A DNA stretch of 64,000 bases, taken from contig CATNEN010000001.1 in NCBI GenBank assembly GCA_950097015.1, positions 23,622,001-23,686,000 of the forward strand. The letters are read 5' to 3'. Below the pieces are notes generated by a model that was not told the DNA's origin, did no database searches, and saw only the letters and a list, made by a program, of their open reading frames with translations. Each line of letters begins with the position of its first letter. The first letter of the stretch is position 1. Source of the DNA: Macrostomum hystrix (Eukaryota > Animalia > Platyhelminthes). Positions 12,306-23,323 of the stretch are shown one piece after another. Made by a program: the position numbers and the translations under genes.

Positions 12306-12450
12306 CATTGTCTTTGTACACCATTCTAGCCACAATTTGTGCCGTAGACTAAAAAGCTTGGTGACCGGAGGGGGTGGGTGGATTCTAAAAATCGGCTTCA
12401 GATTTTCGTCCTTATTGGCACTCTATACTAGGCGACCTCGATACTCTTTG
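12306..12450 (-). mobile_element. Second copy of the P-like terminal segment at 6475
   Basis: Ends ..gacctcgatactctttg, the reverse complement of 6475 onward. Confidence 0.55.
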
Positions 12451-12486
12451 GTCTCTACCCTCAACCCTCCTAATACCTGTGCCCTG

Positions 12487-13093
12487 GTTTACCCCGATTC
12501 GCCGATTCCCGATTCGCCGAAATTCCTGACTCGCCGAATTCCCGATTTGCCAAAATTCCTGACTCGAATCCTGATTCGCCGAATCCTGATTCAATACATC
12601 TTATTTTATCATAAATTAAAATTAAACCACATAACCATTGCCCTCTTTGAGTGTTGGTCAAACATTGGAACTCTATTTCTATTGTATTGAAATTAATTAA
12701 AAAACTAACTTAAATGAAATGCACTTTCTTCATTCATTAACTTGTAAACTTGCTTCTAAACTTTATTAGCTTTCTGGAACGTAGATTGAGTGAGCAAAGA
12801 AGAACATCACACGTACTTCGGAAAAAGCAAAACTTGCTGGACATCCTTGTAGAGCCGAAAGTAAAAGTGTAATGAGGTACGGTAGCTCAGCAAGAAATGT
12901 TCTTCGCAATTTTTTCGGCAAATAGGGAATTCGGCGAATCGGGAATTTGGGCGAATCGGGATTCGGCGAATCAGGAATTCGGCGACTCGGGAATTTCGGC
13001 AAATCGGAAATTTCGGCGAATCGGGATTCGGCGACTCGGGAATTTCGGCGAATCGGGATTCGGCGAATCGGGAATCGGCGAATCGGGATTGAG
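12487..13093. mobile_element. Foldback-type MITE with inverted arrays of gattcgccga subrepeats
   Basis: 12490-12595 (cccgattcgccga)n is inverted relative to 12915-13090 (tcggcgaatcggg)n; no TSD found. Confidence 0.65.
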
Positions 13094-13203
13094 TAGAGTG
13101 ACTGAGTGACTGAGTAGAGACTCACGTCAGTAAGATTAAACTCTGGTCATAGACAAAGAGTGTCAAAACATCGTGAAATTTAGCAAAGTGAAATCGACAT
13201 GGT

Positions 13204-13701
13204 CTATGGGCGGCCGTTTTTGTCAGTCCGAGGCACCACAATCACTGGCCTGTGAGCATGATGCACCACATGATCCGACACACTCCCCAGCAGAGACCGT
13301 TTGAGTCCATTCAAGCCTCGACTGCCCATCAGGATGGCGCTGGCGTCCCGCTCTGTCGCCATAGCAACTATAGCCTTCCCAGCATCCGATTCGTACTTGT
13401 CCACAAACTCAACGCAATGGTCCTCGATGCCAAACTGCTTGCAGAGGGTCAGGCAGCGTCGGCGCACCTTGTCGATCTCGGCTGCGGACTCGCGCATCAG
13501 ACCTGCGTACAGTTCCGTCTTCGACATTTTCAGGGTTGTATTTCCGCGCGGCAACGGCGGTGCCTCCACAGAGTAGAAAATCAGCAACTGGGGATGAGGA
13601 AGGGGCCGATTTGAGTACATTCTGGCGAACCATTCCAGCGCCGTCTGACTGTGCTCACTGCCGTCGTAGGCCAGCACAATGGTCGGGACTTGATGGGCCA
13701 T
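13204..13701 (-). CDS. Universal stress protein (UspA domain), intronless, 165 aa
   Basis: IVLAYDGSEHSQTALEW and ILMGSRGLNGLKRSLLGSVSDHVVHHAHRPVIVVP (G-2X-G-9X-G-S motif); first true ATG at 13701. Confidence 0.95.
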   Translation of the reverse strand: MAHQVPTIVLAYDGSEHSQTALEWFARMYSNRPLPHPQLLIFYSVEAPPLPRGNTTLKMSKTELYAGLMRESAAEIDKVRRRCLTLCKQFGIEDHCVEFVDKYESDAGKAIVAMATERDASAILMGSRGLNGLKRSLLGSVSDHVVHHAHRPVIVVPRTDKNGRP

Positions 13702-14063
13702 GCTGAAGTCACACTTTCTATTGCTAGATAGCACACTCTAAGCTGACTTCTTGTTAGTTTAAGTTGAGTCAAAGTAAAGGTAGCTGACGTTAGATAACGA
13801 GTTGACTGCTCTGTACACTCGTACAGTAGTTGGACTCGGGGCTCATTAACCTGCAGTCTTCTAATTGGAGTCTTATTTGTTTTTTTCTCAGTTCAAGCCT
13901 TTTTATGAGTTTATCAATGTCCTTTTGTATCGCTAGTTGAGAATAGCTGCGAAATAGCTTTCGCTGACCAATGGGGTAAAACATGTTGGCCTTGTAGAGA
14001 GTAGGACGAAACAGCTGAACAATCTTCTGCTGCAAATTTAAAGGTCAATGTAAAATTGTTTGT

Positions 14064-17000
14064 CCGATTCTAGCTGTGGCTACTGCTTCGATTCTAGCTG
14101 TGGCTACTGCTTCGATTCTAGCTGTGGCTACTGCTTCGATTCTAGCTGTGGCTACTGCTTCGATTCTAGCTGTGGCTTCTGCTTTGATTCTAGCTGTGGC
14201 TACTGCTTCGATTCTAGCTGTGGCTACTGCTTCGATTCTAGCTGTGGCTTCTGCTTTGATTCTAGCTGTGGCTTCTGCTTCGATTCTAGCTGTGGCTACT
14301 GCTTCGATTCTAGCTGTGGCTTCTGCTTCGATTCTAGCTGTGGCTTCTGCTTCGATTCTAGCTGTGGCTACTGCTTCGATTCTAGCTGTGGCTTCTGCTT
14401 CGATTCTAGCTGTGGCTACTGCTTCGATTCTAGCTGTGGCTTCTGCTTCGATTCTAGCTGTGGCTTCTGCTTCGATTCTAGCTGTGGCTACTGCTTCGAT
14501 TCTAGCTGTGGCTTCTGCTTCGATTCTAGCTGTGGCTTCTGCTTCGATTCTAGCTGTGGCTTCTGATTCGATTCTAGCTGTGGCTACTGCTTCGATTCTA
14601 GCTGTGGCTACTGCTTCGATTCTAGCTGTGGCTACTGCTTCGATTCTAGCTGTGGCTTCTGCTTCGATTCTAGCTGTGGCTTCTGCTTTGATTCTAGCTG
14701 TGGCTTCTGCTTCGATTCTAGCTGTGGCTTCTGCTTCGATTCTAGCTGTGGCTACTGCTTCGATTCTAGTTGTGGCTTCTGCTTTGATTCTAGCTGTGGC
14801 TACTGCTTTGATTCTAGCTGTGGCTTCTGCTTCGATTCTAGCTGTGGCTTCTGCTTCGATTCTAGCTGTGGCTTCTGCTTCGATTCTAGCTGTGGCTTCT
14901 GCTTCGATTCTAGCTGTGGCTACTGCTTCGATTCTAGCTGTGGCTTCTGCTTTGATTCTAGCTGTGGCTTCTGCTTCGATTCTAGCTGTGGCTTCTGCTT
15001 CGATTCTAGCTGTGGCTTCTGCTTCGATTCTAGCTGTGGCTACTGCTTCGATTCTAGCTGTGGCTTCTGCTTCGATTCTAGCTGTGGCTACTGCTTCGAT
15101 TCTAGCTGTGGCTTCTGCTTCGATTCTAGCTGTGGCTTCTGCTTCGATTCTAGCTGTGGCTTCTGCTTCGATTCTAGCTGTGGCTACTGCTTCGATTCTA
15201 GCTGTGGCTACTGCTTCGATTCTAGCTGTGGCTACTGCTTCGATTCTAGCTGTGGCTTCTGCTTCGATTCTAGCTGTGGCTTCTGCTTCGATTCTAGCTG
15301 TGGCTTCTGCTTCGATTCTAGTTGTGGCTTCTGCTTCGATTCTAGCTGTGGCTTCTGCTTCGATTCTAGCTGTGGCTTCTGCTTCGATTCTAGCTGTGGC
15401 TACTGCTTCGATTCTAGCTGTGGCTTCTGCTTCGATTCTAGCTGTGGCTTCTGCTTCGATTCTAGCTGTGGCTACTGCTTCGATTCTAGCTGTGGCTACT
15501 GCTTCGATTCTAGCTGTGGCTACTGCTTCGATTCTAGCTGTGGCTTCTGCTTCGATTCTAGCTGTGGCTACTGCTTCGATTCTAGCTGTGGCTACTGCTT
15601 CGATTCTAGCTGTGGCTACTGCTTCGATTCTAGCTGTGGCTTCTGCTTCGATTCTAGCTGTGGCTTCTGCTTCGATTCTAGCTGTGGCTACTGCTTCGAT
15701 TCTAGCTGTGGCTTCTGCTTCGATTCTAGCTGTGGCTTCTGCTTCGATTCTAGCTGTGGCTACTGCTTCGATTCTAGCTGTGGCTTCTGCTACGATTCTA
15801 GTTGTGTCTTCTGCTTCGATTCTAGCTGTGGCTACTGCTTCGATTCTAGCTGTGGCTACTGCTTCGATTCTAGCTGTGGCTACTGCTTCGATTCTAGCTG
15901 TGGCTACTGCTTCGATTCTAGTTGTGTCTTCTGCTTCGATTCTAGCTGTGGCTTCTGCTTCGATTCTATAATATAGTTGTGGCTTCTGCTACGATTCTAG
16001 TTGTGTCTTCTGCTTCGATTCTAGCTGTGGCTACTGCTTCGATTCTAGCTGTGGCTACTGCTTCGATTCTAGCTGTGGCTACTGCTTCGATTCTAGCTGT
16101 GGCTTCTGCTTCGATTCTAGCTGTGGCTACTGCTTCGATTCTAGCTGTGGCTTCTGCTTCGATTCTAGCTGTGGCTTCTGCTTCGATTCTAGCTGTGGCT
16201 ACTGCTTCGATTCTAGCTGTGGCTTCTGCTACGATTCTAGTTGTGTCTTCTGCTTCGATTCTAGCTGTGGCTACTGCTTCGATTCTAGCTGTGGCTACTG
16301 CTTCGATTCTAGCTGTGGCGACTGCTTCGATTCTAGCTGTGGCTACTGCTTCGATTCTAGTTGTGTCTTCTGCTTCGATTCTAGCTGTGGCTTCTGCTTC
16401 GATTCTATAATATAGTTGTGGCTTCTGCTACGATTCTAGTTGTGTCTTCTGCTTCGATTCTAGCTGTGGCTTCTGCTTCGATTCTAGCTGTGGCTTCTGC
16501 TTCGATTCTAGCTGTGGCTTCTGCTTCGATTCTAGCTGTAGCTTCTGCTTCGATTCTAGCTGTAGCTTCTGCTTCGATTCTAGCTGTGGCTTCTGCTTCG
16601 ATTCTAGCTGTAGCTTCTGCTTCGATTCTAGCTGTGGCTACTGCTTCGATTCTAGCTGTGGCTACTGCTTCGATTCTAGCTGTGGCTTCTGCTTCGATTC
16701 TAGCTGTAGCTTCTGCTTCGATTCTAGTTGTGGCTTCTGCTTCGATTCTAGCTGTGGCTACTGCTTCGATTCTAGCTGTGGCTTCTGCTTCGATTCTAGC
16801 TGTGGCTACTGCTTCGATTCTAGTTGTGTCTTCTGCTTCGATTCTAGCTGTGGCTTCTGCTTCGATTCTAGCTGTGGCTTCTGCTTCGATTCTAGCTGTA
16901 GCTTCTGCTTCGATTCTAGCTGTAGCTTCTGCTTCGATTCTAGCTGTGGCTACTGCTTCGATTCTAGCTGTGGCTTCTGCTTCGATTCTAGCTGTGGCTA

Positions 17001-17925
17001 CTGCTTCGATTCTAGCTGTGGCTTCTGCTTCGATTCTAGCTGTGGCTACTGCTTCGATTCTAGCTGTGGCTTCTGCTTCGATTCTAGCTGTGGCTTCTGC
17101 TTCGATTCTAGCTGTGGCTACTGCTTCGATTCTAGCTGTGGCTACTGCTTCGATTCTAGCTGTGGCTACTGCTTCGATTCTAGCTGTGGCTTCTGCTTCG
17201 ATTCTAGCTGTGGCTTCTGCTTCGATTCTAGCTGTGGCTACTGCTTCGATTCTAGCTGTGGCTTCTGCTTCGATTCTAGCTGTGGCTACTGCTTCGATTC
17301 TAGCTGTGGCTTCTGCTTCGATTCTAGCTGTGGCTTCTGCTTCGATTCTAGCTGTGGCTACTGCTTCGATTCTAGCTGTGGCTTCTGCTTCGATTCTAGC
17401 TGTGGCTACTGCTTCGATTCTAGCTGTGGCTTCTGCTTCGATTCTAGCTGTGGCTACTGCTTCGATTCTAGCTGTGGCTTCTGCTTCGATTCTAGCTGTG
17501 GCTTCTGCTTCGATTCTAGCTGTGGCTACTGCTTCGATTCTAGCTGTGGCTACTGCTTCGATTCTAGCTGTGGCTACTGCTTCGATTCTAGCTGTGGCTT
17601 CTGCTTCGATTCTAGCTGTGGCTTCTGCTTCGATTCTAGCTGTGGCTACTGCTTCGATTCTAGCTGTGGCTTCTGCTTCGATTCTAGCTGTGGCTACTGC
17701 TTCGATTCTAGCTGTGGCTTCTGCTTCGATTCTAGCTGTGGCTTCTGCTTCGATTCTAGCTGTGGCTACTGCTTCGATTCTAGCTGTGGCTTCTGCTTCG
17801 ATTCTAGCTGTGGCTACTGCTTCGATTCTAGCTGTGGCTTCTGCTTCGATTCTAGCTGTGGCTACTGCTTCGATTCTAGCTGTGGCTACTGCTTCGATTC
17901 TAGCTGTGGCTTCTGCTTCGATTCT
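14064..17925. repeat. 24-bp minisatellite (cgattctagctgtggct[a/t]ctgctt), about 160 units
   Basis: Highly homogeneous; the interruption tataatatagtt occurs twice, 439 bp apart. Confidence 0.98.
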
Positions 17926-18057
17926 GAAAGTATAAGCTGTTTACTTCTATGGCTATGACCATGGCTATAGCTGATTAGCAACTTAGCAAGCCCGAAAATT
18001 GAATTAAAAGTACAAATTGAAGCAAAGTCGTCACAAGTAAGCCACTTTCATATATAA

Positions 18058-18384
18058 ATGAACACAAACATCGGCTGCAGCTGCACCAGCTTGGACGACG
18101 CTACGGAGCGTCAACTGCGCCAGATGATTCGTCGCCACCTGCGTCACTGGGAGCTGCATCACTCGCCCTCCGCTGTCGAGTTCGTCTGCAACGCCCTGGC
18201 CAAGGAGCCGAGCGTTCTGACGGTGGTGCACAGAGCTACCGAGGATTTGCTGAAGGTTAGCTCGGAGGAGCAAAGATGCGAGACGCTGTTGAAGCAGCTT
18301 GATGACGTCGTGGCCCGAGTCCCTGACTGGCTGCACGAGCAGCTGATGGAGCGAATCACAACGACCGCTTGCCTGCCACATTAA
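18058..18384 (+). CDS. 108-aa hypothetical helical protein, possibly death-fold/CARD-like
   Basis: ATG-to-TAA ORF forming a GC-rich island with GC3 bias like the other exons; amphipathic helices. Confidence 0.55.
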   Translation: MNTNIGCSCTSLDDATERQLRQMIRRHLRHWELHHSPSAVEFVCNALAKEPSVLTVVHRATEDLLKVSSEEQRCETLLKQLDDVVARVPDWLHEQLMERITTTACLPH

Positions 18385-19646
18385 GCCAACAACGGGGACT
18401 CCAAAGCCAGCTGGAACTAAGTCTTTTGAAAATTTGGCCTTTTAGCAACTAAAATCGTTCACCTGAAGCAGGGGGTTAGGGCTTAGCGAAAATTTACCTT
18501 TGTGACGCTTAGGTGCAGTTGTACCATATTATGCTAGACTTCAGGAAAACTTCAATCCGTTCTCCTATTTCACCTTTTAGTTCTTGACCAGACAAACAAA
18601 TATTAGACATTTAGTACATAGTAATAACATTCAACTAAGATAAGTGTACTATTGCCACTTCATGAAACTGTAGCGCTAACAGAATTCAAATTGCAAATTA
18701 TATTTTTCTGCATGTAGCTTTTGTTCCTTCTTTTGAAAGTTCACATGAAAAAGTACATTCTCCGTAGCTGTTCTCACTGCGCCTTTGGGCGCTGATTCTC
18801 ATAAGTGTATTTTGCGTAAAGGTCTTCTTTCCCTGCGATTTCAGGTCACTTGCAGGTGATTCAATTATAATCTGCTGCTACCAGGAAATTGTTAAAATGA
18901 TTGTTTTGACTAGTTTAGACAGATAAAAAATCTTCCTACCAAAACCCAGGGACACAATTGTGTGACCCAAACTAATTAAATTAACCCCATACTCTGAAAT
19001 GTTTAAAGTGCACCGACCATTTCATCAAGTTCTGAACTATTAGCATTGTTGTTTCAGCAGCAACTAAAATAAAAAGTTTGTTGATTATAGAGACCGCCAC
19101 AGCTCTGACCATGTGTCACGCAGCTCTCCTTCCCTACATCTTTGAGTAGTTCTCAAGAGCGTCTCTGAAAAGCCTCAGAGCAGAGCATGTGTCGCCAAAT
19201 GCCTAATTGCTAATGCCTTTAACGGATCGTAGTTTAGCCGCGGTGCACAGGTAAGCCACTTGAATGGTTTGGCGATCTATCTTAGCATTTCTCTCTCTGC
19301 ATCTCTCCCTGTCTGCCCTTTCCTATATGTCTGTGCCGTCTCTCAGAAATTTTCCGACAATAGACAAATTTTTTTCGGAATCAAACTTGTGTGCATGGGA
19401 CCGAAGGGTAGAGTAAAGAATAGAGAGAATAGCTGAGTATAAGGCTAGGTCTGTTTTGGTTTGTATTTAATGCTCAAAGTTATAATAAGCATAGGCATAT
19501 AGTAATAGTCTCATAGTCTGCTCTAAACTATAGCACCCTGCTCAAACCAACACCTTTTACCATGCAGTAAGCAAGACAGGTTTATTGCATACTATTCATA
19601 CCATACGCATAATTGCTGAATATATTAAGGCGCGCACTGGCTTAGA

Positions 19647-21418
19647 ATGTCAGTAGACAATTCAAACCGATACCGAACCAATTCGCTGCAGATCAGGCCT
19701 TCAAATCCAACACTTCAAGTAGCTCTGCATACGTCCACTCTGCTGAGGGGCTACTGCGGCTGGCATCGAAGAACGACGCGGCAGCAGCAGCAGCTGGAAC
19801 TGATTTCTACCGGACTCGACATGTCGCAGCATCGTCTGGCGGTGGGCGCTGGAGGTGTCAACAAAGCGCAGGTGATTTAATTTGTGAACAGCTAGATCAG
19901 ATGGGACAGAAGTACAGCAAGCCAGTGGCACAGCCGATGATAGTCCGATAGGAATCGACGATAGTCCGATAGGAATCGACGATAGTCCGATAGGAATCGA
20001 CGATAGTCCGATAGGAATCAATGATAGTCCGATAGGAATCGACGATAGTCCGATAGTAATCGACGACAGTCCGATAGGAATCGACGATAGTCCGATAGGA
20101 ATCGACGATAGTCCGATAGGAATCGACTATAGTCCGATAGGAATCGACGATAGTCCGATAGGAATCGACGATAGTCCGATAGGAATCGACGATAATCCGA
20201 TAGGAATCGACTATAGTCCGATAGGAATCGACGATAGTCCGATAGGAATCGACGATAGTCCGATAGGAATCGACGATAATCCGATAGGAATCGATGATTC
20301 TCCGATGGGAATCGACGATAGTCCGATAGGAATCGACGATTCTCCGATAGGAATCGACGATAGTCCGATAGGAATCGACGATAGTCCGATAGGAATCGAT
20401 GATTCTCCGATGGGAATCGACGATAGTCCGATAGGAATCGACGATAGTCCGATAGGAATCGATGATTCTCCGATGGGAATCGACGATAGTCCGATAGGAA
20501 TCGACTATAGTCCGATAGGAATCGACGATAATCCGATAGGAATCGACTATAATCCGATAGGAATCGACGATAATCCGATAGGAATCGATGATTCTCCGAT
20601 GGGAATCGACGATAATTCCTTGATAATTGACGATACTCTTTTGAGAATGGTGCAACCCGAGATTTTTTATTAGGCTTAGTTATATTCTAGACTTCTCAGT
20701 ACTCAGCAAAATTACATTTTGTTCTTCATTTGATCCATTTCTCAGAGGCATCTATTTAAAGCCTCAATGCAGAGCTTGTGTCGTCAAATGCCTATAACGG
20801 ACCGTAATTTAGCCATGGTGGACAGCTCAGTGTGATAGCTCAGTGTACTATTATATGCCATCACCTGTGCAGCAGGTCAGGTTAATCAGGGGGTCACCAG
20901 AGCGGGCAAAATCCTCACCTTACCTCCAAAACTATGGCATTCAGGCGACTCTCACCTTGATGCCGAGCCTGCCTCTGACTGCGCGCTACTATGCAACGCA
21001 CAAGAAGACTCAGGCAGCAGCTGACAAACCACTCGGGCATACTGGCGATGCTGATGCTGATAAAGCTGCTGGAGTCTGCAAGCGCTACCCGTTCAGTCAG
21101 GTGATCTACTCGAACATATTAACCAGTAATGACTCGATAGTCGATGTTTCCGGAAAGCCTGTCAACAAGCAGCGCCTGAAATTGGCGCAGCCACCTCTGC
21201 TGAGCTACCTGCCCAAGCCTGGCGGTCTGCCGGTGCCTTCGTCTTCGTCATCGGCTCGATCGCCGAGTTTTATTCACCGACGCCGGGTGGCTCGAGAGCG
21301 CAGCAGCGTGTCCGGCCCATTGGACAGAGCGTTGGCCAGCGACAGGTCGAGCGAGGTTGTAGTGCGCAGGGCCATCACGCAGCTAAGGGATGTGATGCAT
21401 CTTCCGCAGCCCAAGTAG
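19647..21418 (+). CDS. Two-exon hypothetical protein (19647-19871 plus 20873 or 20876-21418)
   Basis: CAG|GTGATT donor and a CAGCAG acceptor, both phase 0, join two GC-rich ORFs across a minisatellite intron; no family recognised. Confidence 0.55.
19935..20635. repeat. 21-bp minisatellite (gatagtccgataggaatcgac)
   Basis: Tandem copies; shares gaatcgacgata with the 43348 array. Confidence 0.96.
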
Positions 21419-21697
21419 AGTTTTATAAATGCTTTCTTAAATAGAAAAAGTTTTTTTAAGAACAGTATACGTCTCGACTATATTTTATTTTTTCTAAAGT
21501 GAAAAGTGTGCATGCTTCACAATTGAATGTTTGCCTGTTTGTTACATAAAGTCCTAATAAAAGTCTATGTGCCATGAGCTTGTGTACTCTTGGCTGCGCT
21601 CTTACTGTAATCGAGATCGGGAGCTTGAAGGGCCGCATATGGTTTTAAAAATCGACTAACTAGAATGAAACCTGAAAATGTCTCATAGCGATTCGAC

Positions 21698-22831
21698 TCA
21701 GACTTCCGCCCTGATCAGTACGAACAGCGGGTGCAGAAACAGCTTGAGATTCGAGTAACTCAACGAGTTCAGTCCATCTGTGCTCATGGTTTGCCGCACA
21801 TTGTTTGTGTAGGGCCACGGCATGGTGTTGGTGACAATGTCGTTGCCATGCCGAAGGTTGATGTACCTTGCATCAGGCCCACCATTATACCTCAGTCCGT
21901 AGCCAGAGATGCTCAGCCTGGCCGCCAGCTCGTCATCTTCCCGGCCCCATCCGTAATAGCGGTTCGAGTTGCCGTTAGCCTTCAGGAAAGCGCCCTTAGC
22001 GACGGCCGAAACTCCGCCGAAGAAGTTGTGATAGAGCCTGCCCTTGTAGTACTTGGCATTGTCCTGTGTGCGCATCTCAGAGATCAGCAGCTTCGGCGAG
22101 TTGCTGCAGTCATAAATGTTGGCCACATTCTCTGGCACCTTGTCCGAGTCGTGAAACACGAAGCAGTCAAACTTGTAAAATTGTTGCGAAATTTGGAAGC
22201 CGATGTTCAGCAGCTTGGCCCGGTTGAACAGTCGCGAGTCCGCCTGCTCAACAATGAAGAGGCCGAACAGGATGTTCTGCCTGCTCAGCAGTCGATGAAT
22301 ATAGGGTACGAATATGTCCAGGTTCTCGCTGCGATTTCTGTACGGCACAATCACCGCCGTGTGCGACAGCGGCGGCCAGCAGCTCCTGGGCGCAAAGAAG
22401 CCGCCTCCAACGGTGCCAGGCGCAGCACCTTCGGCCGTCCAGTCTTTGAAGAGATAAGAAAGCATAGCCTGCGACTGCGGCCGCTGACAAGCTTTGGAGC
22501 CATTGGAAGCAGCGGCGGCGAAGCTGACTGGTCGCGCTATGGGCTTCAAAGCGCTGAACAGCTTCGGGTAGCGAATGTTGGCGACCAGTCTAAGCTGCTG
22601 TTTTGAACTGTTCGATGCTTTCTTGGGCGCCATGATAGCGGCGGAGTAGTTTGAAGCAGTCGGTTGACTCAAATTCCCTGCCTGCAGCTGCTCAGTTGGG
22701 GAGCTGGAAAATAACCGATGAAAGTAGGGCCACCTTTCGCTAGGGACAATCAGCGCCCTGACTAGCAGCACAATGAGACAGGCGACAACAGCAGCTCCTA
22801 GCAGTTTCAGGCCTTTTCGAGTTTCAAGCAT
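21698..22831 (-). CDS. GT7-family beta-1,4-galactosyl/GalNAc-transferase, type II membrane protein, intronless
   Basis: TM LLGAAVVACLIVLLVRALIV; motifs AVIVPYRNR, FNRAKLLNIG, CFVFHDSD, FGGVSA, YGWGREDDE, DGLNSLSY. Confidence 0.95.
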   Translation of the reverse strand: MLETRKGLKLLGAAVVACLIVLLVRALIVPSERWPYFHRLFSSSPTEQLQAGNLSQPTASNYSAAIMAPKKASNSSKQQLRLVANIRYPKLFSALKPIARPVSFAAAASNGSKACQRPQSQAMLSYLFKDWTAEGAAPGTVGGGFFAPRSCWPPLSHTAVIVPYRNRSENLDIFVPYIHRLLSRQNILFGLFIVEQADSRLFNRAKLLNIGFQISQQFYKFDCFVFHDSDKVPENVANIYDCSNSPKLLISEMRTQDNAKYYKGRLYHNFFGGVSAVAKGAFLKANGNSNRYYGWGREDDELAARLSISGYGLRYNGGPDARYINLRHGNDIVTNTMPWPYTNNVRQTMSTDGLNSLSYSNLKLFLHPLFVLIRAEV

Positions 22832-23323
22832 ATTCTCTATGCTCAAGCAGAGGTTTGAGGAAATCTTTAATTCAGAGAGTTGCAGAGACGATAGCTAGAA
22901 ATCTTGGCTGCTGTGCTATTGGCACAGGAGGGATGACTCAGTAAAGAGGCTAAAATTTAACAAAATACGAGTTCGTATTATCTAGTGTAGAAAAAGTGCA
23001 ATTTTTCGATTTTAGCAGCCTATTTGGTCCACAGATACTAAATACCTATTTATTTAGTTATCTGTGATTTGGGATTTGGTCTGTGATTTGGTCTTACAAG
23101 CATTTAATTAAATCCGAGATCTGCCTGCTAGAGTATTTCTGCTTTAGTCTATGGTCACAAGGATGCAATAGCATTTAGTTTGGTCAAATTTGGGCCAAAA
23201 TGAAATAGTCTATGGCTATAATCGAATATCAGCCCGCCCGATAGCCATGTCTGTCATGGTCATGGAGTGCCAATCTGAGCCGGTTATTTTTGTCGCTCGA
23301 TCTTCACTTTTTTAACATCCCGT

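Noticed and set aside
4007-13701. Bacterial HGT island (FkbM plus UspA)
   Set aside because: The methyltransferase has a spliceosomal intron and signal anchor, both families occur natively in invertebrates, and there is no operon structure.
14060-17935. Long ASILAVAT and DSSCGYCF ORFs
   Set aside because: Stop-free frames of a 24-bp array with no real start codon or splice context.
21731-22606. Long antisense ORFs over GT7; also over the USP and ALMS exons
   Set aside because: Shadow frames expected from GC-rich codon usage.
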